From: Lingula anatina
Taxonomy: Eukaryota; Animalia; Brachiopoda
Length of the DNA: 64,000 nt
Assembly: GCA_051362555.1 (NCBI GenBank)
Contig: CM120640.1
Span: forward strand, 30,213,967 to 30,277,966
Reading direction: 5' to 3'
Within the stretch, counting starts at the first letter, position 1; every line of letters starts with the position of its first letter. A program made the position numbers and the translations under genes. The notes beneath the pieces were generated by a model that made no database searches, had not been told where the DNA came from, and saw only the letters and a list, made by a program, of their open reading frames with translations. Shown here one piece after another: positions 47,501-62,500 of the stretch.

Positions 47501-50500
47501 ATGTTTGTACATTATGAGATGACTGTGTCCAACTTCGTTTTCACTCTTTTTCGTTGTGTTCAGTCTTATTATGGTGAATGTTACTATTGTCACTGTACAT
47601 GTCAAAATTTATTCTTATCACTGTGTATGACTGTATTGTGACTGTGTTTCTTTGTATTTATTTTGATTACTGCATTGGTTGGTGTTGTTACTGTTGATGT
47701 TTGTATTTATTGTGAGCACTGTGTATGTCAGTTTTTTACTCTGTTTGTAATCATTACCATTACTCTGCATGATGGTGTTGTCAATATATGTCTATGTGTC
47801 TGTTTATATGCTGTTTGCTGTTTCTATTCTGTATTGTTACTGAATGTGTTTGTTCATATCGAGATGACTGTTTACGCCTTCGTTTTCACTCTTTTACCTT
47901 GTGTTCTTGTCATTAAGGTGAATGTTACTGTTGTCCCCGTACGTTTCAAATTTTTTTACTCTTTTTCCTTGTGTTCATTCTCATTATGGTAAATGTTACT
48001 GTTGTCACTGTACCTTTGATATTTTTTTTCTAATCACAGTGTAATATTGTGTTTTGATTGTGCTTGTTTTTATTCATTTTGATTACTGTGCATGTTTGTG
48101 TTGTCACTGTTCGTGTTTGTATTTATTGTGAGCACTGTGTATGTCAGTTTTGTCACTCTATTTGTTTGTAGTCATTACTATTACTCTGCATGATGGTGTT
48201 GTCACTGTATGTCTATATGTTTGTTTATATTCTCTTTGCTGTGTCTGTTCTGTATTGTTACTGAATGTGTTTGTACATTATGAGATGACTGCATGTGTAC
48301 AACTTTGTTTTCACTCTTTTTCGTCGTGTTCATTCTTATTACGGTAAATGCTACTGTTGTCACTGTACAATGGAAATTTTTTTCTAATTACTGTGTTTGT
48401 CTGTATTTTTACTGTGTTTGTTTTTATTTATTTTTGTTACTGTGCATGTTTGTGTTGTCACTGTTCATGTTTGTATTTATTGTGACCACTGTGTATATCA
48501 GTTTTGTCACTCTATTTGTTTGTAATCATTACTATTACTCTACATGATGGTGTTGTCAGTGTATGTCTATGTGTCTGTTTATATTCTGTGTGCTGTGTCT
48601 ATTCTGTATTGTTACTGAATGTGTTTGTACATTATGAGATGACTGCATGTGTACAACTTTGTTTTCACTCTTTTTCGTCGTGTTCATTCTTATTACGGTA
48701 AATGTTACTGTTGTCACTGTACATGTCAAAATTTATTCTGATCACTGTGTATGACTGTATTGTGACTGTTTTTCTTTCTATTTATTTCTATTTATTGTTG
48801 ATGTTTGTATTTATTGTGAGCACTGTGTATGTCAGTTGTTTTACTCTATTTGTTTGTAATCATTACCATTACTCTGCATGATGGTGTTGTCAATATATGT
48901 CTGTGTGTCTGTTTATATGCTGTTTGCTGTTTCTATTCTGTATTGTTACTGAATGTGTTTGTTCATATCGAGATGACTGTTTACGACTTCGTTTTCACTC
49001 TTTTACCTTGTGTTCTTGTCATTATGGTGAATGTCATTGTTGTCACTGTACATGTGAAATTTTTTTCTAATCACTGTGTATGTCTGTTTTGTGACTTTTT
49101 GTTTGCATTTATTTTGATTACTGTGTTTGTTGGTGTTGTTACTGTTCATGTTTGTATTTATTATGAGCACTGTGTATGTCAGTTTTGTCACTCTATTTGT
49201 TTGTAATCATTACTATTACTCTGTATGATGGTGTTGTCAGTGTATCTCTATGTGTCTCTTTATATTTTGTGTGCTGTGTCTATTCTGTATTGTTACTGAA
49301 TGTGTTTGTACATTATGAGATGAATGTGTACAACGTCGTTTTCACTCTTTTTCGTTGTGTTCATTCTTATTACGTTAAATGTTTCTGTTGTCACTGTACA
49401 TGTGAAATTTGTTTTTAATTACTGTTTGTATGTATTTTTACTGTGTTTGTTTTTTTTTATTTTGGTTACTATACATGTTTGTGTTGTCACTGTTCGTGTT
49501 TGTATTTATTGTGACCACTGTGTATGTCAGTTTTCTCACTCTATTTGTTTGTAATCATTACTATTACTCTGAATGATGGTGTTGTCAGTGTATCTGTGTG
49601 TCTCTTTATATTCTGTGCGCTGTGTCTATTCTGTATTGTTACTGAATGTGTTTGTACATTATGAGATTACTGTGTACAATTTCGTTTTCACTCTTTTACC
49701 TTGTGTTCATTGTCATTAAGGTGAGTCTTACTGTTGTCCCTGTACGTTTGAAATTTTTTTACTCTTTTTCCTTGTGGTCATTATCATTATGGTGAATGTC
49801 ATTGTTGTCACTGTACATGTGACATTTTTTTCTAATCACTGTGTTTCTGTTTTGTGACTGTTTTTGTTTGTATTTATTTTGATAACTGTGTTTGTTGGTG
49901 TTCTTACTGTTGATGTTTGTATTTATTGTGAGCACTGTGCATGTCAGGTTTGTCACTCTATTTGTTTGTAATCATTACTATTACTCTGTATGATGGTGTT
50001 GTCACTGTATGTCTATGTGTCTGTTTATATTTTCTCTGCTGTGTCTATTCTGTATAGTTACTGAATGTGTTTATATATATTGTGATGACTGTGTATTGAC
50101 TTTGTTTTCACTCTTTTTCCTTGTGTTCATTCCCATAATGGTTAATGTTACTGTTGTCACTGTACATGTGAAATTTTTTTTCTAATCACTGTGTTTGTTG
50201 GTGTTGTTACTGTTGATGTTTGTATTTATTATGAGCACTGTGTATGTCAGTTTTGTTACTCTATTTGTTTGTAATCATTACTATTACTGTGCATGATTGG
50301 GTTGTCACTATGTTTATGTGTCTGTTTATATGCTGTTTGCTGTTTCTATTCTGTATTATTACTGAATGTGTTTGTACATTATGAGATGACTGTAAACAAC
50401 TTCGTTTTCACTCTTTTTCGTCGTGTTCATTTTATTACAGTAAATGTTTCTGTTGTCACTACATGTGAAAATTGTTTCTAATCACTGTGTTTGTCTGTAT

Positions 50501-53500
50501 TTTTACTGTGTTTGTTTTTATTTATTTTGGTTACTGTGCATGTTTTTATTGTGACCACTGTGTATGTCAGTTTTGTCACTCTATTTGTTTGTAATCATTA
50601 CTATTACTCTGCATAATGGTGTTGTCACTGTATCTCTATGTGTCTTTTTATATTCTGTGTGCTGTGTCTATTTTATATTGTTACTGTATGTGTTTGTACA
50701 TTATGAGATGACTGTGTACAACTTCGTTTTCACTGTTTTTCGTCGTGTTCATTCTTATTATGGTGAATGTTACTGTTCTCACTGTACATGTGAATTTTTT
50801 TTTTCTAATCACTGTGTATGTCTGTTTTGTGACTTTTTATTTGCATTTATTTTGATTACTGTGTTTGTTGGTGTTGTTACTGTTATTGTTTATATTTATT
50901 ATGAGCACTGTGTATGTCAGTTTTGTTACTCTATTTGTTTGTAATCATTACTATTACTCTGCATGATGGTGTTGTCACTGTATGTCTATGTGTCTCTTTA
51001 TATTCTCTTTGCTGTGTCTATTCTGTATTGTTACTGAATGTGTTTGTACATTATGAGATGAATGTGTACAACGTCGTTTTCACTCTTTTTTTGTAGTGTT
51101 CATTCTTATTATGGTAAATGTTACTGTTGTCACTGTACACTGTCTGTATTTTTACTGTGTTTCTTTGTATTTATTTTGATTACTGTGTTGGTTGGTGTTG
51201 TTACTGTTGATGTTTGTATTTATTGTGAGCACTGTGTATGTCAGTTTTTTTACTCTATTTGTTTGTAATCATTACCATTACTCTGCATGATGGTGTTGTC
51301 AATATATGTCTATGTGTCTGTTTATATGCTGTTTGCTGTTTCTATTGTGTATTGTTACTGAATGTGTTTATTCATATCGAGATGACTGTTTACTATTTCG
51401 TTTTCACTCTTTTACCTTGTGTTCTTGTCATTATGGTGAATGTCATTGTTGTCACTGTACATGTGAAATTTTTTTCTAATCACTGTGTTTGTTTTGTGAC
51501 TGTGTTTGTTTGTATTTATTTTGATTACTGTGTTTGTTGGTGTTGTTACTGTTGATGTTTGTATTTATTGTGAACACTGTGTATGTCAGTTTTGTCACTC
51601 TATTTGTTTGTAATCATTACTAATACTTTGCATGATGGTGTTGTCACTATGTTTATGTGTCTGTTTATATGCTGTTTCTATTCTGTATTGTTACTGAATG
51701 TGTTTGTACATTATGAGATGACTGCATGTGTACAACTTCATTTTCACTCTTTTTTGTTGTGTTCAGTCTTATTATGGTGAATGTTACAATTGTCACTGTA
51801 CATGTCAAAATTTATTCTGATCACTGTGTATGACTGTATTGTGACTGTGTTTCTTTGTATTTATTTTGATTACTGTGTTGGTTGGTGTTGTTACTGTTAA
51901 TGTTTGTATTTATTGTGAGCACTGTGTATGTCAGTTGTTTTACTCTATTTGTTTGTAATCATTACCATTACTCTGCATAATGGATCTGTCAATATATGTC
52001 TATGTGTCTGTTTATATGCTGTTTGCTGTTTCTATTCTGTATTGTTACTGAATGTGTTTGTTCATATCGAGATGACTGTTTACGACTTCGTTTTCACTCT
52101 TTTACCTTGTGTTCTTGTCATTATGGTGAATGTCATTGTTGTCATTGTACATGTGAAATTTTTTTCTAATCACTGTGTATGTCTGTTTTGTGACTTTTTG
52201 TTTGCATTTATTTTGATTACTGTGTTTGTTGGTGTTGTTACAGTTGATGTTTGTATTTATTATGAGCACTGTGTATGTCAGTTTTGTTACTCTATTTGTT
52301 TGTAATCATTACTATTACTCTGCATGATGGTGTTGTCACTGTATGTCTATGTGTCTGTTTATATTCTTTTTGCTGTGTCTATTCTGTATTGTTACTGAAT
52401 GTGTTTGTACATTATAAGATGAATGTGTACAGCGTCGTTTTCACTCTTTTTCGTTGTGTTCATTCTTATTACGTTAAATGTTTCTGTTGTCACTGTACAT
52501 GTGAAATTTGTTTCTAATTACTGTGTTTGTCTGTATTTTTACTGTGTTTGTTTTAATTTATTTTGGATACTGTGCATGTTTGTGTTGTCACTGTTCGTGT
52601 TTGTATTTATTTTGAGCACTCTGTATGTCAGTTTTGTCACTATTTGTTTGTAATCATTACTATTACTCTGCATGATGGTGTTGTCAGTGTATCTCTGTGT
52701 CTCTTTATATTCTTTTTGCTGTGTCTATTCTGTATTGTTACTGAATGTGTTTGTACATTATGAGATGAATGTGTACAACGTCGTTTTCACTCTTTTTCGT
52801 TGTGTTCATTCTTATTACGTTAAATGTTACTGTTGTCACTGTACAAGTGAAATTTGTTTCTAATTACTGTGTTTGTCTGTATTTTTACTGTGTTTCTTTG
52901 TATTTATTTTGATTACTATGTTGGTTGGTGTTGTTACTGTTGATGTTTGTATTTATTGTGAGCACTGTGTATGTCAGTTTTTTTTACTCTATTTGTTTGT
53001 AATCATTACCATTACTCTGCATGATGGTGTTGTCAATATATGTCTATGTGTCTGTTTATATGCTGTTTGCTGTTTCTATTGTGTATTGTTACTGAATGTG
53101 TTTATTCATATCGAGATGACTGTTTATGATTTCGTTTTCACTCTTTTACCTTGTGTTCTTGTCATTATGGTGAATGTCATTGTTGTCACTGTACATGTGA
53201 AATTTTTTTCTAATCACTGTGTTTCTGTTTTGTGACTGTGTTTGTTTGTATTTATTTTGATTACTGTGTTTGTTGCTGTTGTTACTGTTGATGTTTGTAT
53301 TTATTGTGAACACTGTGTATGTCAGTTTTGTCACTCTATTTGTTTGTAATCATTACTAATACTTTGCATGATGGTGTTGTCACTATGTGTCTGTTTATAT
53401 GCTGTTTGCTGTTTCTATTCTGTATTGTTACTGAATGTGTTTGTACATTATGAGATGACTGTGTACAACTTTGTTTTCACTCTTTTTTGTCATGTTCAGT

Positions 53501-56500
53501 CTTAGTACGGTAAATGTTACTGTTGTCACTGTACATTTGATATTTTTTTCTAATCACTGTGTATGTCTGTGTTTTGACTGTGCTTGTTTTTATTCATTTT
53601 GATTACTATGCATGTTTGTGTTGTCACTGTTCGTGTTTGTATTTATTGTGAGCACTGTGTATGTCAGTTTTGTCACTCTATTTGTTTACGTAATTTTAAC
53701 TAATTAACATTATTTAATGCTATATAATATCTAACACCATTCTTTAATAGAGGGACCTTTCAATAAAAGCAGCCGCTACCGGCCAAATTTTGAACACCAT
53801 TTATCTGTGTTTGTCATTTATCTGTTTTTTTATCTGTGTTTTTACTCATTTTGATTACTGTGCATGTTTGTGTTGTCACTGTTTGTGTTTGTATTTATTG
53901 TGAGCACTGTGTATGTCAGTTTTGTCACTCTATTTGTTTGTAGTCATTACTATTACTCTGTATGATGGTGTTGTCACTGTATGTCTATGTGTCTGTTTAT
54001 ATTTTCTCTGCTGTGTCTATTCTGTATTGTTACTGAATGTGTTTATATATATTGTGATGACTGTGTATTGACTTTGTTTTCACTCTTTTTCCTTGTGTTC
54101 ATTCCCATAATGGTTAATGTTACTGTTGTCACTGTACATGTGAAATTTTTTTCTAATCACTGTGTTTGTTGGTGTTGTTACTGTTGATGTTTGTATTTAT
54201 TATGAGCACTGTGTATGTCAGTTTTGTTACTCTATTTGTTTGTAATCATTACTATTACTGTGCATGATTGGGTTGTCACTATGTTTATGTGTCTGTTTAT
54301 ATGCTGTTTGCTGTTTCTATTCTGTATTATTCCTGAATGTGTTTGTACATTATGAGATGACTATGTACAACTTCGTTTTCACTCTTTTTCGTCGTGTTCA
54401 TATTATTTCAGTAAATGTTTCTGTTGTCACTACATGTGAAAATTGTTTCTAATCACTGTGTTTGTCTGTATTTTTACTGTGTTTGTTTTTATTTATTTTG
54501 GTTACTGTGTATGTTTGTGTTGTCACTGTTCGTGTTTGTATTTATTGTGAGCACTGTGTATGTCAGTTTTGTCACTCTATTTGTTTGTAATCATTACTAT
54601 TACTCTGCATGATGGTGTTGTCAGTGTATCTCTATGTGTCTTTTTATATTCTGTGTGCTGTGTCTATTCTGTATTGTTACTGTATGTGTTTGTACATTAT
54701 GAGATGACTGTGTACAACTTTGTTTTCACTGTTTTTCGTCGTGTTCATTCTTATTATGGTGAATGTTACTGTTCTCACTGTACATGTGAATTTTTTTTTC
54801 TAATCACTGTGTATGTCTGTTTTGTAACTTTTTATTTGCATTTATTTTGATTACTGTGTTTGTTGCTGTTGTTACTGTTGATGTTTGTATTTATTGGGAG
54901 CACTGTGTATGTCAGTTTTGTTACTCTATTTGTTTGTAATCATTACTATTACTCTGCATGATGGTGTTGTCACTGTATGTCTATGTGTCTGTTTATATTC
55001 TTTTTGCTGTGTCTATTCTGTATTGTTACTGAATGTGTTTGTTCATATCGAGATGAATGTGTACAACGTCGTTTTCACTCTTTTTCGTTGTGTTCATTCT
55101 TATTACGTTAAATGTTTCTGTTGTCACTGTACATGTGAAATTTGTTTCTAATTACTGTGTTTGTCTGTATTTTTACTGTGTTTGTTTTAATTTATTTTGG
55201 ATACTGTGCATGTTTGTGTTGTCACTGTTCGTGTTTGTATTTATTTTGAGCACTCTGTATGTCAGTTTTGTCACTATTTGTTTGTAATCATTACTATTAC
55301 TCTGCATGATGGTGTTGTCAGTGTATCTCTGTGTCTCTTTATATTCTTTTTGCTGTGTCTATTCTGTATTGTTACTGAATGTGTTTGTACATTATGAGAT
55401 GAATGTGTACAACTGTTTACGATTTCGTTTTCACTCTTTTACCTTGTGTTCTTGTCATTATGATGAATGTCATTGTTGTCACTGTACATGTGAAATTTTT
55501 TTCTAATCACTGTGTTTCTGTTTTGTGACTGTTTGTTTGTATTTATTTTGATTACTGTGTTTGTTGCTGTTGTTACTGTTGATGTTTGTATTTATTGTGA
55601 ACACTGTGTATGTCAGTTTTGTCACTCTATTTGTTTGTAATCATTACTAATACTTTGCATGATGGTGTTGTCACTATGTTTATGTGTCTGTTTATATGCT
55701 GTTTGCTGTTTCTATTCTGTATTGTTACTGAATGTGTTTGTACATTATGAGATGACTGTGTACAACTTTGTTTTCACTCTTTTTTGTCATGTTCAGTCTT
55801 AGTACGGTAAATGTTACTGTTGTCACTGTACATTTGATATTTTTTTCTAATCACTGTGTATGTCTGTGTTTTGACTGTGCTTGTTTTTATTCATTTTGAT
55901 TACTATGCATGTTTGTGTTGTCACTGTTCGTGTTTGTATTTATTGTGAGCACTGTGTATGTCAGTTTTGTCACTCTATTTGTTTACGTAATTTTAACTAA
56001 TTAACATTATTTAATGCTATATAATATCTAACACCATTCTTTAATAGAGGGACCTTTCAATAAAAGCAGCCGCTACCGGCCAAATTTTGAACACCATTTA
56101 TCTATGTTTGTCATTTATCTGTTTTTTTATCTGTGTTTTTACTGTGCATGTTTGTGTTGTCACTGTTCGTGTTTGTATTTATTTTGAGCACTCTGTATGT
56201 CAGTTTTGTCACTCTATTTGTTTGTAATCATTACTATTACCCTGCATGATGGTGTTGTCAATATATGTCTATGTGTCTGTTTATGTGCTGTTTGCTATTT
56301 CTATTCTGTATTGTTACTGAATGTGTTTGTTCATATCGAGATGACTGTTTACGACTTCGTTTTCACTCTTTTTCGTTGTGTTCATTCTTATTATCGTAAA
56401 TGTTACTGTTGTCACTGTACAAGTGAAATTTGTTTCTAATTACTGTTTGTCTGTATTTTCACTGTTTTTGTTTTTATTTATTTTGGTTACTGTGCATGTT

Positions 56501-59500
56501 TGTGTTGTCACTGTTCATGTTTGTATATATTGTGACCACTGTGTATGTAAGTTTTGTCACTCTATTTGTTTGTAATCATTACTATTACTCTGCATGATGG
56601 TGTTGTCAGTGTATCTCTGTGTCTCTTTATATTCTTTTTGCTGTGTCTATTCTGTATTGTTACTGAATGTGTTTGTACATTATGAGATGAATGTGTACAA
56701 CTGTTTACGATTTCGTTTTCACTCTTTTACCTTGTGTTCTTGTCATTATGATGAATGTCATTGTTGTCACTGTACATGTGAAATTTTTTTCTAATCACTG
56801 TGTTTCTGTTTTGTGACTGTGTTTGTTTGTATTTATTTTGATTACTGTGTTTGTTGCTGTTGTTACTGTTGATGTTTGTATTTATTGTGAACACTGTGTA
56901 TGTCAGTTTTGTCACTCTATTTGTTTGTAATCATTACTAATACTTTGCATGATGGTGTTGTCACTATGTTTATGTGTCTGTTTATATGCTGTTTGCTGTT
57001 TCTATTCTGTATTGTTACTGAATGTGTTTGTACATTATGAGATGACTGTGTACAACTTTGTTTTCACTCTTTTTTGTCATGTTCAGTCTTAGTACGGTAA
57101 ATGTTACTGTTGTCACTGTACATTTGATATTTTTTTCTAATCACTGTGTATGTCTGTGTTTTGACTGTGCTTGTTTTTATTCATTTTGATTACTATGCAT
57201 GTTTGTGTTGTCACTGTTCGTGTTTGTATTTATTGTGAGCACTGTGTATGTCAGTTTTGTCACTCTATTTGTTTACGTAATTTTAACTAATTAACATTAT
57301 TTAATGCTATATAATATCTAACACCATTCTTTAATAGAGGGACCTTTCAATAAAAGCAGCCGCTACCGGCCAAATTTTGAACACCATTTATCTATGTTTG
57401 CCATTTATCTGTTTTTTTATCTGTGTTTTTACTGTGCATGTTTGTGTTGTCACTGTTCGTGTTTGTATTTATTTTGAGCACTCTGTATGTCAGTTTTGTC
57501 ACTCTATTTGTTTGTAATCATTACTATTACTCTGCATGATGGTGTTGTCAACATATGTCTATGTGTCTGTTTATGTGCTGTTTGCTATTTCTATTCTGTA
57601 TTGTTACTGAATGTGTTTGTTCATATCGATGATTGACTGTTTACGACTTCGTTTTCACTCTTTTTCGTTGTGTTCATTCTTATTATCGTAAATGTTACTG
57701 TTGTCACTGTACAAGTGAAATTTGTTTCTAATTACTGTTTGTCTGTATTTTCACTGTTTTTGTTTTTATTTATTTTGGTTACTGTGCATGTTTGTGTTGT
57801 CACTGTTCATGTTTGTATATATTGTGACCACTGTGTATATAAGTTTTGTCACTCTGTTTGTTTGTAATCATTACTATTACTCTGCATGATGGTGTTGTCA
57901 ATATATATCTATGTGTCTGTCTATATGCTGTTTGCTGTATCTATTGTGTATTGTTACTGAATGTGTTTATTCATATTGAGATGACTGTTTACAATTTCGG
58001 TTTCACTCTTTTACCTTGTGTTCTTGTCATTATGGTGAATGTCATTGTTGTCACTGTACATGTGAAATTTTTTTCTAATCACTGTTTCTGTTTTATGACT
58101 GTGTTTGTTTGTATTTATTTTGATTACTGTGTCGGTTGGTGTTGTTACTGTTGATGTTTGTATTTATTGTGAACACTGTGTATATCAGTTTTGTCACTCT
58201 ATTTGTTTGTAATCATTACTATTACTGTGCGTGATGGTGTTGTCAATATATGTCTTTGTGTCTGTTTATATGCTGTTTGCTGTTTCTATTCTGCATTGTT
58301 ATTGAATGTGTTTGTTCATATCGAGATGACTGTTTACGCCTTCGTTTTCACTCTTTTAACTTGTGTTCTTGTCATTAAGGTGAATGTTACTGTTGTCCCT
58401 GTACGTTTCAAATTTTTTTACTCTTTTTTCCTTGTGTTCATTCTCATTATGGTAAATGTCATTGTTGTCACTGTACATGTGAAATTTTTTTCTAATCACT
58501 GTGTTTCTGTTTTGTGACCGTGTTTGTTTGTATTTATTTTGATTACTGTGTTTGTTGGTGTTGTTACTGTTGATGTTTATATTTATTGTGGGCACTGTGT
58601 ATGTCAGTTTTGTCACTCTATTTGTTTGTAATCATTACTAATACTTTGCATGATGGTGTTGTCACTATGTTTATGTGTCTGTTTATATGCTGTTTGCTGT
58701 TTCTATTCTGTATTGTTACTGAATGTGTTTGTACATTATGAGATGACTGTGTACAACTTTGTTTTCACTCTTTTTTGTCATGTTCATTCTTAGTACGGTA
58801 AATGTTACTGTTGTCACTGTACATTTGATTTTTTTTCTAATCACTGTGTATGTCTGTGTTTTGACTGTGCTTGTTTTTATTCATTTTGATTACTATGCAT
58901 GTTTGTGTTGTCACTGTTCGTGTTTGTATTTATTGTGAGCACTGTGTATGTCAGTTTTGTCACTCTATTTGTTTACGTAATTTTAACTAATTAACATTAT
59001 TTAATGCTATATAATATGTAACACCATTTTTTAATAGAGGGACCTTTCAATAAAAGCAGCCGCTACCGGCCAAATTTTGAACACTATTTATCTGTGTTTG
59101 TCATTTATCTGTTTTTTTATCTGTGTTTTTATTCATTTTGATTACTGTGCATGTTTGTGTTGTCACTGTTTGTGTTTGTATTTATTGTGAGCACTGTGTA
59201 TGTCAGTTTTGTCACTCTATTTGTTTGTAGTCTTTCCTATTACTCTGTATGATGGTGTTGTCACTGTATGTCTATGTGTCTGTTTATATTTTCTCTGCTG
59301 TGTCTATTCTGTATTGTTACTGAATGTGTTTATATATATTGTGATGACTGTGTATTGACTTTGTTTTCACTCTTTTTCCTTGTGTTCATTCCCATAATGG
59401 TTAATGTTACTGTTGTCACTGTACATGTGAAAATTTTTTCTAATCACTGTGTTTGTTGGTGTTGTTACTGTTGATATTTGTATTTATTATGAGCACTGTG

Positions 59501-62500
59501 TATGTCAGTTTTGTTACTCTATTTGTTTGTTATCATTACTATTACTGTGCATGATTGGGTTGTCACTATGTTTATGTGTCTGTTTATATGCTGTTTGCTG
59601 TTTTTATTCTGTATTGTTACTGAATGTGTTTGTTCATATCGAGATGACTGTTTACGACTTCGTTTTCACTCTTTTACCTTGTGTTCTTGTCATTATGGTG
59701 AATGTCATTGTTGTCACTGTACATGTGAAATTTTTTTCTAATCACTGTGTATGTCAGTTTTGTTACTCTATTTGTTTGTAATCATTACTATTACTCTGCA
59801 TGATGGTGTTGTCACTGTATGTCTATGTGTCTGTTTATATTCTTTTTGCTGTGTCTATTCTGTATTGTTACTGAATGTGTTTGTACATTATGAGATGAAT
59901 GTGTACAACGTCGTTTTCACTCTTTTTTGTTGTGTTCATTCTTATTACATTAAATGTTTCTGTTCTCACTGTACATGTGAAATTTGTTTCTAATTACTGT
60001 GTTTGTCTGTATTTTTACTGTGTATGTTTTTATTTATTTTGGATACTGTGCATGTTTGTGTTGTCACTGTTCGTGTTTGTATTTATTTTGAGCACTCTGT
60101 ATGTCAGTTTTGTCACTATTTGTTTGTAATCATTACTATTACTCTGCATGATGGTGTTGTCAGTGTATCTCTGTGTCTCTTTATATTCTTTTTGCTGTGT
60201 CTATTCTGTATTGTTACTGAATGTGTTTGTACATTATGAGATGAATGTGTACAACGTCGTTTTCACTCTTTTTCATTGTGTTCATTCTTATTACGTTAAA
60301 TGTTACTGTTGTCACTGTACAAGTGAAATTTGTTTCTAATTACTGTGTTTGTCTGTATTTTTACTGTGTTTCTTTGTATTTATTTTGATTACTGTGTTGG
60401 TTGGTGTTGTTACTGTTGATGTTTGTATTTATTGTGAGCACTGTGTATGTCAATTTTTTTACTCTATTTGTTTGTAATCATTACCATTACTCTGCATGAT
60501 GGTGTTGTCAATATATGTCTATGTGTCTGTTTATGTGCTGTTTGCTGTTTCTATTGTGTATTGTTAGTGAATGTGTTTATTCATATCGAGATGACTGTTT
60601 ACGATTTCGTTTTCACTCTTTTACCTTGTGTTCTTGTCATTATGGTGAATGTCATTGTTGTCACTGTACATGTGAAATTTTTTTCTAATCACTGTGTTTC
60701 TGTTTTGTGACTGTGTTTGTTTGTATTTATTTTGATTACTGTGTTTGTTGCTGTTGTTACTGTTGATGTTTGTATTTATTGTGAACACTGTGTATGTCAG
60801 TTTTGTCACTCTGTTTGTTTGTAATCATTACTAATACTTTGCATGATGGTGTTGTCACTATGTTTATGTGTCTGTTTATATGCTGTTTGCTGTTTCTATT
60901 CTGTATTGTTACTGAATGTGTTTGTACATTATGAGATGACTGTGTACAACTTTGTTTTCACTCTTTTTTGTCATGTTCATTCTTATGTTACTGTTGTCAC
61001 TGTACATTTGATATTTTTTTCTAATCACTGTGTATGTCTGTGTTTTGACTGTGCTTCTTTTTTATTCATTTTGATTACTATGCATGTTTGTGTTGTCACT
61101 GTTCGTGTTTGTATTTATTGTGAGCACTGTGTATGTCAGTTTTGTCACTCTATTTGTTTACGTAATTTTAACTAATTAACATTATTTAATGCTATATAAT
61201 ATCTAACACCATTCTTTAATAGAGGGACCTTTCAATAAAAGCAGCCGCTACCGGCCAAATTTTGAACACCATTTATCTGTGTTTGTCATTTATCTGTTTT
61301 TTTATCTGTGTTTTTACTCATTTTGATTACTGTGCATGTTTGTGTTGTCACTGTTTGTGTTTGTATTTATTGTGAGCACTGTGTATGTCAGTTTTGTCAC
61401 TCTATTTGTTTGTAGTCATTACTATTACTCTGTATGATGGTGTTGTCACTGTATGTCTATGTGTCTGTTTATATTTTCTCTGCTGTGTCTATTCTGTATT
61501 GTCACTGAATGTGTTTATATATATTGTGATGACTGTGTATTGACTTTGTTTTCACTCTTTTTCCTTGTGTTCATTCCCATAATGGTTAATGTTACTGTTG
61601 TCACTGTACATGTGAAATTTTTTTCTAATCACTGTTTCTGTTTTATGACTGTGTTTGTTTGTATTTATTTTGATTACTGTGTTTGTTGGTGTTGTTACTG
61701 TTGATGTTTGTATTTATTGAGAACACTGTGTATATCAGTTTTGTCACTCTATTTGTTTGTAATCATCACTATTACTGTGCATGATGGTGTTGTCAATATA
61801 TGTCTTTGTGTCTGTTTATATGCTGTTTGCTGTTTCTATTCTGCATTGTTATTGAATGTGTTTGTTCATATCGAGATGACTGTTTACGTCTTCGTTTTCA
61901 CTCTTTTAACTTGTGTTCTTGTCATTAAGGTGAATGTTACTGTTGTCCTTGTACGTTTCAAATTTTTTTACTCTTTTTCCTTGTGTTCATTCTCATTATG
62001 GTAAATGTCATTGTTGTCACTGTACATGTGAATTTTTTTTCTAATCACTGTGTTTCTGTTTTGTGACTGTGTTTGTTTGTATTTATTTTGATTACTGTGT
62101 TTGTTGGTGTTGTCACTGTTGATGTTTGTATTTATTGTGGGCACTGTGTATGTCAGTTTTTTTACTCTATTTGTTTGTAATCATTACCATTACTCTGCAT
62201 GATGGTGTTGTCAATATATGTCTATGTGTCTGTTTATGTGCTGTTTGCTATTTCTATTCTGTATTGTTACTGAATGTGTTTGTTCATATCGAGATGACTG
62301 TTTACGACTTCGTTTTTACTCTTTTTCTTTGTGTTATTCTTATTATCGTAAATGTTACTGTTGTCACTGTACAAGTGAAATTTGTTTCTAATTACTGTTT
62401 GTCTGTATTTTCACTGTTTTTGTTTTTATTTATTTTGGTTACTGTGCATGTTTGTGTTGTCACTGTTCATGTTTGTATATATTGTGACCACTGTGTATGT

